A stretch of 63,995 bases of DNA, filler included, from Folioceros fuciformis (taxonomy: Eukaryota), in NCBI GenBank assembly GCA_049999805.1. It is 6 parts of 6 records of this genome, joined end to end, with 100 filler letters (N's around TTAATTAATTAA, not from the genome) between each part and the next. Parts side by side here need not be neighbours in the genome. Positions count along the whole stretch, not along the records: positions 1 to 27,158 come from JBNGIO010005832.1; 5 more parts are not named here. One strand, written 5' to 3'. The notes beneath the pieces were generated by a model, which saw only the letters and a program-made list of their open reading frames with translations, was not told the origin of the DNA and ran no database searches. Each line of letters opens with the position of its first letter. Position 1 is the stretch's first letter. Position numbers and translations under genes: made by a program. Shown here in pieces: positions 1 to 12,186 of the stretch.

Positions 1-878
1 GGATCAGAGGGGCTGGCTAGGCATGCTGATTGGAGTGGGTATGGGGTCCAACAGCGGGGCTATATGAGACTGGAAGTTGGGATCAGGATGGAGCAAAACG
101 GGGCTAAGGGAGAGGAGAGGAAGAAAAAAAACCAAGAAGGGACTAGGTGGATGGCTGAGACGCGCATCCCGAATGCCTCCTGCAGCATCCCAAACAACGC
201 TCGAATCTCCAACGACGCTTGATCTGCTAGCTCTCCCAACCCCAGCAACATGATCCTGCACACCACATCCACCCAGGAATCCACCCTCCTGCCTGCTACT
301 CAAATCCATAGAGACAACAAAACTGGGAGCTGGAGAGGGCAGGGGGAAAGGAAGTAGGGGCAAGAGGAGAATGGAGGAGGAAGGGAGAAAGGGAGAGAGG
401 AGGAGGGGGATGGGGGCGGCTGCAATCCCTGCCTCTAGCCCTAGCTAGGGCACAGCCTCCATGACCGTTCAAGCCAGCCAGGCAATCAGCCAGCCTGACC
501 CCTGACACTGACATACCCCACATATTCCCATTCCTATGTTCAGATCATTATTCTATTATTTTATATTATTCTATTATTATTTGATCTTTAATATTATATA
601 TAATTAATATTAAACTAATCACCAGACCTAGACTCAAACTTTCCCAACCCTATGGCCCGGTACCGAACCTAAACTTTCCCAAGTCTGGAACCAGACCTAT
701 ACCCACTCTAATAACCAAACGAACTATTTCCTAGTCAATTAACCTAATTAGCACAAAGAAAAATAGGAAAAATAAAGAAAAAATAGGAAAAAGAAGTAGA
801 AAAAGAAAACCAAACCATACCACTATTAACCCTTTTTCAACCAAAATAAACTACTACCCCAAACTTTGGAGGTTCACA
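1..878. mobile_element. Right part of a large LTR (family A), inserted into a Copia RT region
   Basis: About 340-878 aligns with 7460-8006 and ends in the same GGAGGTTCACA terminus. Copia RT codons resume immediately after 878. Confidence 0.8.
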
Positions 879-3048
879 GCAATTCACCAACTTTGATGAC
901 TAAGATTAAGGACATGCTTCTCTCCAAATTTGAGATGACTCATCTAGGGGAACTCACTTTTTTCTTAGGTGTTAGTTTCATTTCAATAGGGTAGATGGTA
1001 CAATTGACATACATCAGGAACATTTTGTTCATCAGCTACATGAGCGTTTGAATGTTAGATGCTAAACTAGTCTCTACACCTATGATAGTAGGTGAGAAAC
1101 TGTCCTTGGAACAGTGTCCAGTTACCCTAGAAGAGAAACAAGCTATGTTCGGAACCCCTTACAGACAGGCTTTGGGATTCCTTATTTACTTATCTAGCTG
1201 GACTAGGATGGACATTACTAGGGCAGTGGGAGCCGTTAGTCAATTCCTAGAGAACCCTGGACTTGTACACTTGACAGCTGTAAAACGCATATTCTTTTAT
1301 TTAAAGGGGACTGCTAGGAAGGGTCTACGATTTCAGAAATGCAAGGAAGGTCTGGATCTCACAGCATACTATGATGCCGACTAGGTAGGAGATCCTGACA
1401 CAAGGCGAAGTGTAGCTGCTAATTGTATTTTTATGGGCACTTTCTGTAGTGTCATGGTCTAGTAAGAAGACACCTATAGTCTGTTTCTCCTCGACTGAAG
1501 CTGAGTATGCAGCTATGACACAAGCATCTAAGGAGATTATTTGTATTCGAAGTTTTCTTAAGGGATTACTCCTACAACAACTTGGACCAACTCCTCTCTG
1601 GTGTGATAATCAGTCTGCTATAGCAGTTACAAAGAATCCTGTTTTTCATGCCCGATCAAAGCATATTAAGATAAGTCATCACTTTATACGACATGCAGCA
1701 GAGAATGGAGAGGTAACAGTATCCTATGTCCCAACTGAGGACAATGTTTCAGACCTTCTCACGAAGGCTTTATATAAGCTAGCTCATAAAAAACATACAT
1801 AAGCTGCTGGTATTTGCCTAATTCCCCCTGTTGTTACAAAGGGGACTGCTCCCTGACTAATCCTTGTGTGGGAGCTTGCCATCCTTGTTCAGAAGTTTGA
1901 TTAGCTCTTCTCGAGTCTTGTTGGCTTTGGCAAACTCTTCTGTGAGTGCTGTATAGCAGTAAGCAGAGTTAGAATATGAGCAGTATATCACCAAACAGAG
2001 TTTAGGTACTTACATCCATAGGTGACCAATAGACCAGTCTCAGTGGTATGAGGCTTAGGCTTCACTACCTCACCCTTCTTCTTTGTGGGATTCTTCATAG
2101 GCTTCCGTCCCCACTCTTTCTCCATGTACTTCTCATCTTTAGAGTCGATAGGGAGAGGTACCTTTGTGAAGCGTAAGAATTCTTCCATGCTTGGGTCTAT
2201 ACCAACGTCCATCACACCGGCTTGCTTGCACTTCATCTCTGTCTCCTTACAAGCAACTTTTTCAAAGTCTACTGAGGCAGCAGCAAACTCCTGTTTAGGA
2301 TTTCCCTTGCTGTTAAAGTTGTGAATTCTCCTTGCAGTCTTGCCTTTTGAGCTATCTGTAGGAAGAGGAGCACCAGCTGGAGACTCAAAGGACACAATGT
2401 TGGAGTCCAGACAATTCATTGCATGAAGACAAGACTGACGTTCGGAGAACTTGCGGACTGGTATCCACAAGCGATCACAACCCAGACACTTGAGACCTTG
2501 AACAGAGTCTTCCATCTCAAGCCACGAAATCCTGGAGTGTGTGCAACTTGACTGAACGACTGAAGATTGCCAATGACAAAAAGCACAAAGATGAAGACGA
2601 TCACCACAAGCAACGAGAGTTCTTGTAGTGTAGCCATTGTTGCTTTTATGGTGATCCGTGGAGAGCAAGGCAATGGAGCGTAAGGAGTTGTTGGACACTA
2701 ATTGATAAGCATGAGACTGTCTTCACGTTTAGCAAGAGTTCGTAAACTGATGATGATTCGCACAAGAACATGCATTCAGTTTAATGCCCGTTTCGTACTC
2801 CTAAAATACTAAACTAAGTGGGAGTATAGAAAACCTAGAGTACAGTTAAGACTTCTACCCTAGGTTAAATAGTTAGTTTTATATTTTAGTTATGACGGTT
2901 TAATAATCGCATACGTTTTTGGGTATATAGCACAATGCTCTACCCTTCTTAATTAATTCTCTTTTATGCTGATGATCTCTTGCATCTTGTCTTCCCAATG
3001 CCTCCGCACTTGTGTTGTATGATCTGTAGTATAGATTTTATTATAACA
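879..3048 (+). mobile_element. 3' part of degenerate Ty1/Copia element 1 (RT end, RNase H, 3' region, probable 3' LTR ~2825-3048)
   Basis: ORFs 1052-1384 and 1449-1802 carry AYYDAD, SSTEAEY, CDNQSA and FHARSKHI with stops and frameshifts. Purine tract AAGTGGGAG at ~2816-2824; the putative LTR ends TAACA at 3048, where Harbinger repeat sequence begins. Confidence 0.8.
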
Positions 3049-3054
3049 TGAGTT

Positions 3055-3462
3055 CAATTGTATATAAATTATGATTTCTTAAGGTATAGATGGGAACTAA
3101 TTTATCATCAAAGTTCGCCTTTTATTTTCAATACACAAAGTCATGCTGCAACTTTCAACGTTCGTAGCAACTGCTAAACGCATGTTCTATAAAAACTAAG
3201 ACCATCATCGTGTAGAGATTGCAAAGCCCTACACGTGGGTATATAAAGCATGATTTCTAAGAGCCTACATGTCAACTGATTTGCCATCAAATCTTGACTT
3301 TTATTTTCGATGGCCAAGTCTTGGCTGCATCTTTTAATGTTCATAGTAACTACAGGAGTCATGCTTTGTAAGATCCAAGCCCATCATCGCATAGAGCATG
3401 TAAAGGCCTACGCGTGGGTATGTAAATCATGCATTGTAAGAGTCTACATGTGAACTGAAATT
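3055..3462. repeat. About 179-bp diverged tandem repeat (2-3 units) downstream of the Harbinger transposase
   Basis: The motif TATATAAA-ATGATTTCT recurs at ~3061, ~3240 and ~3420. A reverse-complement homolog lies at ~15772-16215. Confidence 0.7.
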
Positions 3463-4823
3463 CACTTCAAAGAATTCCCTCCTCATCATGAGACTCCTCT
3501 ATATCCTCCCAAAAAACTAACTTGACATTTTTCTGGCTTCTAGTTTTGTAGAGGGCCCTAGCTAGGTTACGGATTCGCTGCACTCCAGTTTGATATCCCA
3601 GCAGATCCAATGCTACTGGTTGTTCCCTTCCATCAGCATCTACAACCTTATGTCCATTTTCCATGCTAGGTCGCACTCCATTTAGTTCATACAGGGTTTC
3701 TCGAGCTACTCTTGTCGCTTCTTCATTGCCACCATCAACATCATGAACACATGAGTACGCTGCCTTATCTAACCAATCTTGATGAAAAGCGTCCTTATGG
3801 ATAATGCACATGTTATGTAGAATCAAGCAGGCTTGAACAACTACAGGGGTGTTCTACAACTGCATGTCTAGTCCTTTCAGCAAGCATTTCCACTTGGCTT
3901 TTAAAATTCCAAATGTTCTTTCCACGGCCATCCTTATGGGGCTTTGAACAAAGTTCTAATGCTCCTGCACTAGCGTTAGACCATCCTTTGATCCTGTATA
4001 AGGCGTCAACATATAGAGCCTAAGTCAATAGCCTACATCTCCTACGAGACAGTAAGGTCCTAGCTTACCTGCAGCACACTTTTGTCCAAGTTCAGATCTA
4101 GTGAATAGATTCCAATCATTCAAACTACCTGTCCATCCGAAGTCATAATCCCACACTAAGCAATTTGCAGTCACTGTTTATTGAAGAAGTTGAGAATAGA
4201 AGCCTTTCCTGTTATAGTAGTCATCCTTGTTTTTGCAAGGTCCAATAATAGGAATATGACTCCCGTCTACAGCTCCAATCACATACGGAATCCCTTGCAG
4301 TTCACGAAACTCATATGCATATTCAACCATTTTGCTCTTTGTAGGCCATATGATATATGTATCATGCAACTTATAAACAAGTGCTCTACAAAACTCCAAA
4401 GTAGCCTTGCCAACTGTAGATGTGCTACATCCATAATAGTCGGCAAGTGTCTTGAGAGTGTCTCCAGTTGCTAGCCTCCTCAATGCCATGGCAATTCTTG
4501 CATAAATAGGAATGGCTTTCGGAATGTGATGTCTTTTTTTGTGCAGCAAAGGGCCAATTTCAGCACACAAATACAGGAAAGTGGCTTTGCTCACTCGACA
4601 ACGCTGCCTGAACATTTCATCTATGTAAGACCTAAGAAGGGATTGATTTGTGAAACCATGGTTTCGTTTCACACACTATGTTGACCGTCGTTTTCTTTGT
4701 CTTCCACTAGACTCTAACAATTCCTGATGCAAAGCCACTGCTGCGGTAGATATGAATGTCCGTAGGGAAGATGAACAAATCTCGAGAGCACACAACACAC
4801 TTAGAGCTAATAAAATCTTCTCT

Positions 4824-7082
4824 TGAGAACTATCAAAAGATAGTCATCTAGCGTAGATAGGCAAGAGAGCCAGGAGGCTGAGACTTGTGTACAAAACTTG
4901 TATATAAAAGTGATTATAAAAATGTCTCATATGTTCATTAAATAGCTAAACCCTAAACAACCAAAGGACACATATAATATACATATATATATAGGACTTA
5001 AGAGCATATGTCAGCTTAAACCCTAACACTCCCTCTTAAGCTACATCAGCTTAAACGAGAAAATTATATTCTGAACCCCAGCTTAGGCTAGCAAAAAACC
5101 CTTCCCCTGTACCACAAAGTCACGGGAGGTGGACACTGTGTGCGGCCATCTTCACGCTCAAGTGCCTACGCTTGGCGTGTAAACGCGGGGCACAACCGCC
5201 ACTTTACCTGCAGCAGCATCCTCCCTCAACTTCTTAAGATGGCGACCCACCAGGTTGTCATAGTTGCATCCATAGAGCTTGTGCTGTTCATCCTCAGCGC
5301 CGTCCTTACCTCTGCAATGAAAACCAGAAGTGGATCCTCCTATGAAATGAATTCTGCACCATCGGAAAGGAAGAGACGGCGACGAGCTGGCTCTGGACAA
5401 ACTACAACATCTGGACAGCCTTTGGCTTCACCAACAAGGCAAGCTGTAAACGAGGATGAGTGGGAAGAGATGCATTCGATGGCAACCAAATGCCAAGGTA
5501 GGCGGATACAGATTCCGCCTGTGTATCTCTGAGCTCAGCTGGAGGAAGGGGGCGACTTCATCCCACCTGGGAATAACAAGCTCAACATGTGGGGCAGACA
5601 AGACACTTCTAACTTGCTAAGGCCCCTCAAGGAGACCATCGAGCTGCTAGACAAGCTCAAGGGAGTGGAAAAGAAGAAAGTGAAGGAAGAATGGGATGTG
5701 AAGGAGGAGGCTTGACAACAGGCGACTAGGTAATAGTTATGCTTCATCTGACTGTTGTTGCCCTTTATCCCTTTGGTCCACCCTTTAGAAACTACCAATG
5801 AAAATAAATTCTGTTCGTGGCAGGTGAGGCAGAGTGTCTGGCTGTAGAGGAGAGGCAACATTAACCATACAACAAATTTGGATACTACATCCAAACCCCC
5901 TCCACACCACTTGATAAATACTGCCACTTACTCCCCTTGGTGTTGAGAAATCAATTAACCCTAGGCCCTCCATGTGCTCATAGTGTCTGTGCTTAGGGAG
6001 GCCCTTAGTTATGATGTCAGCAGTGTTTAGGTCTGTTGCCAAATAGCTCACTGTGGAGGCAAAACCCCGGGCACTAATTGCCGACGGGTTCCACCTTTAG
6101 TGGCCACACTTATCCCACTGTCATTGAGACATTGGGTTCCGTTCCCACGAAGGAGCGATGGGGTTCCTTGCTACTGTGGAAGGAGGGTCGGACTCAATCG
6201 ACTCAATGATGGATTCGAGGGCTCCCCTCCAGCTCCGATCAGGCGTAGGACAGGCCTCACTTTCCAGCGGTCAGTTGCACCTCTCTCGGTGCCCACAAAC
6301 TCACTCCAATCACTACAACGACCATAACCTCTCAGATCTGCGACTTCCCTCACTCACTTCACTCGCTCTCTCACTCCAGCACCAACACTAGCAACTAACA
6401 ACGACACTACTACCGTCTACACTTCCCTACTGACTCCTCCTACCCGGCAAGAGTCACTAGACTAACCCCAAAGAAAAGAAAGAAGGGAACACACTCCCCT
6501 CTTGGATATCTCTTCCCCACAACCTTACCAGACGCCATGAAACATGGCCAACCTACAGCACTTGTCCAAACAGGGAACAAGAGTGGACAGGTTGAGAGAA
6601 AGATGCATCCTTTACAATCAAGAGCTAGGGGCAAGCCCCTTCACCCTGGTCATTACACCTTGTGATCCTACCAGACACTGTACAACCGGCAACACGCGGC
6701 TTGCCATCCTACCAGACGTTGCATAGCCGGCAACACATTGCAGGTCCTAAACCAAGCAGGGACAAACCACAAGAGCTCATGAAGAGAGTACCTCCAAGAG
6801 CTCACGAAGTGACAAACTGACTCCCAAAGTGAATGACTCCCTCCTCCTACAGACTCACCTGATCTTATAGGAGCCTCTCTCTCTCTGACTTCACCTCTCT
6901 CTAACTTGACAAATATTATTTTAATAGGACCACTAGCCTAACCGGCTGTCACCAGCCACTTATTTAGACTTCTAGCACATCCTGCCACCAATGAGCTGGC
7001 CCTACCACCATAAGGATCTACCACCTCTTAGACTATCCTGAGCCAGTGGCTCTCCTACAACGCCGCGGCGACGGGAGGGATT

Positions 7083-7135
<53 letters not shown>

Positions 7136-10012
7136 GCCTGGCTGGATTGGTGGCAGCGCGGGCTGGGGAAAGGGGCAGGAGAGAGGGAAAGGGGGAGGAA
7201 ATGGCAGCACCGGTAGCGAGACAGCAATGGGAGCAAGGCAGATCTAGCAGCGGAGTTGTAGATTGGGGAGGAAATCGGGACAGGGTAGGAGGGGAATGGG
7301 AAAAGAAATCAGGGAGAAGACAGAGACAGGCCTGGCCCTGCATTAGTCGAATCCTCTAGCTCGCCTCATGCTCCTTCTGTGCTTGCCCTCGGTCCCTTCA
7401 TCCGGTCTACCTGCAATGTGGATCCAAAAGAAGAAGCAAGACAAAGAGATGGAGAGGGAAGGGGAAGAAGAGGAAGCGGGACAAGAAGGGAATGGAGGAG
7501 AAAGGGAGAAAGGGAGAAAGGGGGAGGGGGATGGGGGCGGCCGCAACCCTTGCCTCTAGCCCTAGCTATGGCACGACCTCCATGACTGTTCAGGCTAGCC
7601 AGGCAATCAGCCAGCCTGACGTCAGACCCTGACATACCCCACATATTCCCGTTCCTATGTTCAAACCATTATTTTATTATTCTATTATTATTTAATCACT
7701 TAATAATTATATACCTTTAATTAATATTAAACTAATCACCAAACCTAGACTCAAACTTTCCCAACCCTATGGCCCGGTACCGGACCTAAACTTTCCCAGG
7801 TCTGGGACCAGACCTGTACACACTCTAATAACCAAACCAACTATTTCGTAGTCAATTAACCTAATTAGCACAAATAAAAATAGGAAAAATAACCAGAAAA
7901 TAAATAAAAATTAGGGAAAAGAAGTAGGAAAAGAAAACCAAACCATACCACTATTAACCCTTTTCCAACCAAAACAAAGTACTACCCCAAACTTTGGAGG
8001 TTCACACTCACGTTTACGATCTCACACTCCATTACATCTTTGATGTAGTGGTGTTGGATTTCTATATGCTTGTCTTTGCATGGAACTTGGGCTTGGCAAC
8101 GAGTTCCAAAGCTGACATATTATCACAAAATAGAGGAGTCGGAGCAACTTGTTCCTGCCCTAAATCAGGAAGAAAGGTACGCTCCCATTCTGCCTCTTTC
8201 GAGCTTTAGATTGTAGAACTTGTGTTTCACTGCACACAGGGTTAACACATTTGTGACCTTGTAGGTCTTCTCCAACTGTAACCATATCTCATAAGCATTT
8301 TCCAGGAATTCCACCTATGGTACAAGGTTAGCATCCAGGCCTCAAATTAGTAGACCAATGGCAATGCCATTCAGCTCATCCCACTCAGCAATCTAATCTA
8401 CTTTTGGAGCTGGATTTGCATTGCGATTTGGTTTCTTTGTAGTCCCATCCACAATTCTCCATACACGTTGGGCTATCAAGGTAGCCTTCATTTAGATTCG
8501 CCAAAATGGGTACCTTGTCCCATTGAAGCGATCTTTCTCCTTTAGACGTGTATGTTGCCTTGGTGGTAGTGATAGCCATTACTACAGGCTGGTTAAATTT
8601 GACAGCAGACTGTATGAGGCTTAGGCTATGGAACTCACCAATTAAGGAGTTTATGGATGCAGCAAAACTTGCGGACATAAGATCTTAACAAGGTAACTAG
8701 AGCTATGACCCTATTGACACAGGTTAGTAGCTTAGGCCCACTAGATTTCTTTACTTTTAGATTATATGCGTTCTAACACTAGCATTGCAAGCTATGATCG
8801 GAGGGGAAGGTTGAGTTCGAAGGGGAGGGGGTACTAAAGTATTCTTGCCTCATCGTACTCATCCTTTCCATCATATCCCGTCTATTTATGCTTAGTTTAG
8901 ACTAATAATACTTCATTAGGTGGAAACATACATGACTTAATTAATTAATTTTCAAAAGGCATGTTCTTTCAGCTAAACCCTAACTGTCACTTCTTGGTGT
9001 CTTTACAAGTGGACACTAGCACTCTAAGGGATGCAAGAATGCCAAGGGACACCTCTTTGATTGTAGCTCTTCAGATCTATGGCCTCAACAACGCCGGGTG
9101 TGGGTGCCTTCGGCTCTTCAGCAGCGGAAGCAAGGAAAGGTCATCGAATCTGGGAAGATCTGTTGCAGATGCTCTCAGATTCAGATTCTGTAGAAGAACA
9201 ACAATGCTCTTCATATCTTCCTTTATTTGTTTTGATCCCACAATTGTTGTTTGCTCAAGGGAATTTCTTATGTCTTCAATGTTGTTCATAATCTCTTCTT
9301 GACTCTGTAGCAGCAATGACTGAATTTTCTCCACCTGCCTTAGCACAACCAATTGTCTGAACACCACATTGGTTAGGATCGCTTCTGATGATCGTGCTAC
9401 TTGTGGTGCAGTTGGATATGCCGCTTGACGAATTGGGTGTCTACACGGTGGAGGTGTGATCCTTCTTCTTTCGCAGCAATGTGAGGTCTGTGTCCCTCGG
9501 TGCCAATCAACTTTTGAATATCCAACATACGATGAATTTCTGCTCACGTCTTGTTTCTGTCCAAATAAGTGGTTAGGGCGGAAGCCGCCTCTCCTGTTTG
9601 CAGACCTTCGAGGCATTGTGCCTACTGCTGGTTCATCTCCCAGACAAGAGGTGAGAACTTTGTTTCTTCATTTTCCTCAGCCAGTTGGCTGTTTTCTCAT
9701 GGATTGCTAATGCAGGCTGTTTGTGTTTTTGTGCAGCAGCATGTTCGCTAATCCTAGCAAACCAAGTGCGGGGTGCATTGGCTGCACCGAATGGCATAGA
9801 GGGATTAGGCTCTGATACCATGAGAACTATCAGAAGATAGTCATCTAGCGTAGATAGGCAAGAGAGTCGGGAGGCTGAGACTTGTGTACAAAACTTGTAT
9901 ATAAAAGTGATTATAAAAATGTCTCATATGTTCATTAAATAGCTAAACCCTAAATAACCAAAGGACATATATATAGAGGACTTAAGAGCATATGTCATCT
10001 TAAACCCTAACA
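4824..10012 (-). mobile_element. Internally deleted Ty1/Copia element 2 with both LTRs (4824-5028, 9821-10012) and TSD TCTCT
   Basis: Near-identical TG...CA LTRs. PBS is the reverse complement of GCTCTGATACCA at 9809-9820 (tRNA-iMet); PPT is at 5029-5040. TCTCT flanks both ends. A gag remnant (~8200-8680) abuts the RNase H end (~5950-6051 plus 8007-8100); no INT or RT is seen. Confidence 0.9.
6052..8006. mobile_element. Solo LTR (family A, 1955 bp) with TSD CTCAC
   Basis: Termini TGTGG...TTCACA; CTCAC at 6047-6051 and 8007-8011. It splits the Copia RNase H coding sequence. Homologs at 1-878 and 49657-50625. Confidence 0.9.
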
Positions 10013-10132
10013 TCTCTCTACAGCCATTCTGCAGCGTTGCCAATTCCATGTCCTTCCACGTCCTCGTAGCTATCCACGTGCATCACTGCAGGAATTTGGA
10101 GAGCCATCTCACGCTCCTCCCCTTCCATGTAA

Positions 10133-10529
10133 GAGCTTTCTCGATGTTGTGGCCTCAACCCTAAATTGGTCTACCAGCGAGAATGATTGTGAAGGTAGCG
10201 GAGGAGGCCTCAACCCTAAATTGGTCTACCAGTGAGAATGATTGTGAAGATAGCGGAGGAGGCCTCCACCCTAAATTGGTCTACCAGCGAGAATGATTGT
10301 GAAGGTAGCGGAGGAGGAGCTTTCTCGACGTTGTGGCCTCAACCCTAAATTGGTCTACTAGTGAGAATTGTGAAGGTAGCGGAGGAGGAGCTTTCTCGAC
10401 GTTGTGGCCTCTACCCTAAATTGGTCTACCAGTGAGAATTGTGAAGGTAGCGGAGGAGGAGCTTTCTCGACGTTGTGGCCTCAACCCTAAATTGGTCTAC
10501 TAGCGAGAATGATTGTGAAGGTAGCGGGG
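10133..10529. repeat. Subterminal tandem array of six 55-74-bp units in the Harbinger
   Basis: The core GGCCTCAACCCTAAATTGGTCTACCAGCGAGAATGATTGTGAAGGTAGCGGAGGA is repeated six times head to tail. Confidence 0.9.
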
Positions 10530-10999
10530 ACTGAGCACGGTTGAGTGGCAAGCTGGTTCATAACTCGTAATTACGAAATTATAACAAGTTTACCATAAAG
10601 AGGTGCTGCAAAGACGAGATGTAAATACTCACCATGACCCGTGATGCCGGGAACGGATGTTAGAAAATAGAGTTCGACCGGTCAAGTGTACAACCACATC
10701 TCTATAAAATCCTTGTCACCATGTGTCAGGGTCATCACCGGCCGGTGAGCAGTGCTTCGTGGCACTGACAGCCCGGTCATAGTGTAAACCCGGCCTTAGT
10801 TGTCTAGCTATCAAAGCCTAAAACCTAGCAACAGTGAATAGGCAGGGTTAATATGGCCAGCTGGCAGACGTGTTGGCCAAGTCAAGTATCAGCATTCAAG
10901 GCAGCATTGAGGGACTGTTGACGCCGTCAAGAGAAATGTGGGAACGGGGCATTTTGGACGGCAGCCATTAAGAAGACGGCTCAGGCAATAAGGAGTAGG

Positions 11000-11930
11000 G
11001 GAAGCAAATACAATGTTGGATTGCCTGATGTCCGCAAGGAAAGACGGCTAAACGGATATCACGGACTAATTAAGGAGACTGTGCAAACGCTATACAAATC
11101 AAGGAGAAGAAAGCCTTTTTATGAGACACATCAGGCAAACCCTCCTTTTTGATGTTGGTAGCAAAGGCAGTGGAGTCAGCAGCAAATCTACTGGAAGGCT
11201 CGAAGGGACTATTGAGTGAAGAACGAGACGAATCGGTGCACACGAAGTGCGTGATGCCACGATTGTTCTTTGCTGGTTGGACGATCTTGGAACTAGCTAA
11301 TGTGCTAGAGATAGATTCAGCTGAGTTTGTGGAGGCTGTGGGTGGAAGCAGTTGACCTCCTAATCTGGTTGACCGACTGGACGAGGGGAGGAGCCAACAT
11401 CGACTTGGACAGCATGCCATACATAGTGTTAGGAAGGGGCAGAAACTGAGGACATGGTTTTCCTGCGATCGGGTTGGACCAACGAGAGCACCCTGGAAAC
11501 AACGAACAACATTCCAAGCCAGCCATAGACTAGTTCGGAAGATTGACGGACAGTGTGATTGGAGTCGAAGCCCGGAAAGGATATTGACTTTGAGAAGACT
11601 AAGCAAGCGTAGGTAAGCAAGGAGGATGAACTTCTGCCAAGGAAGAATGATGTGTCCACCCCAGACATGGTAGCATGTCCTTAGCCGACTTTCAAGAAAA
11701 ATTTAGGTGGGCATTGGATGCAATGATGCTGAAGTATACAGCTGAATTCACTCCTGAAATGGCATTGCGAATGATGAGCACCTTCTTGGAGGGTGAGACG
11801 CTAACGTGTTCTCGAGATTGCAAGAAGCCGATCTTGGAGCAAGTCCACGCACTTGCTCATGGGAGCAAGATAAACGCAATATTGATGGAACCTGTTGCTA
11901 GAAGCAACCCCTCTGGGTTCGCTCATGACA
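11000..11930 (+). mobile_element. Degenerate retroelement gag-like fragment (possibly Gypsy)
   Basis: Broken ORFs such as SLADFQEKF...MSTFLEGE weakly resemble retrotransposon gag. Confidence 0.35.
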
Positions 11931-12186
11931 CAACCGTGAGGTTCCCTTACCTTCTGCAACAAGAGCCCCAAGGAAGACTTCCCTGGACGTGACTTCTACG
12001 TCACGTCCTAGCCACCGAAGTTGAGGGATTGGGATCAAGAATCAGCGGCCTCCTTTTCCTTGAGGGCCTTTCTCAGTTGCCGTCTCTGCTTGGATGTCTG
12101 GCCAGACTTGACCTGCGTCTTGGCGGCCGACTTGATGTCAAGGACCTCAAACGATTTCTGTATGTGGATGAATGTATGTCCGTTAG

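Larger units (their letters stand above)
3467..10049 (-). pseudogene. Harbinger (DDE_Tnp_4/HARBI1-like) transposase pseudogene, split by the Copia insertion at 4824-10012
   Basis: Motifs IGAVDGSHIPI, YYNRKGFYS and ILHNMC are present with internal stops. Removing the Copia plus one TCTCT restores the frame from ATG 10049 (MELATLQNGCREKILLALS...). Confidence 0.85.
3049..10795 (-). mobile_element. PIF/Harbinger DNA transposon (transposase side), interrupted by Copia element 2
   Basis: Contains a Harbinger transposase pseudogene and internal tandem repeats. Terminus TAGTGTAAACCCGGCC (10780-10795) is followed by TTA, a typical Harbinger target trinucleotide. Confidence 0.75.

Noticed and set aside
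7002-7359. Poly-Lys and poly-Phe ORFs
   Set aside because: These are translations of a homopolymer run inside an LTR.
10133-10529. CRISPR-like array
   Set aside because: The units are head to tail with no unique spacers, no cas genes are present, and the context is a eukaryotic transposon.
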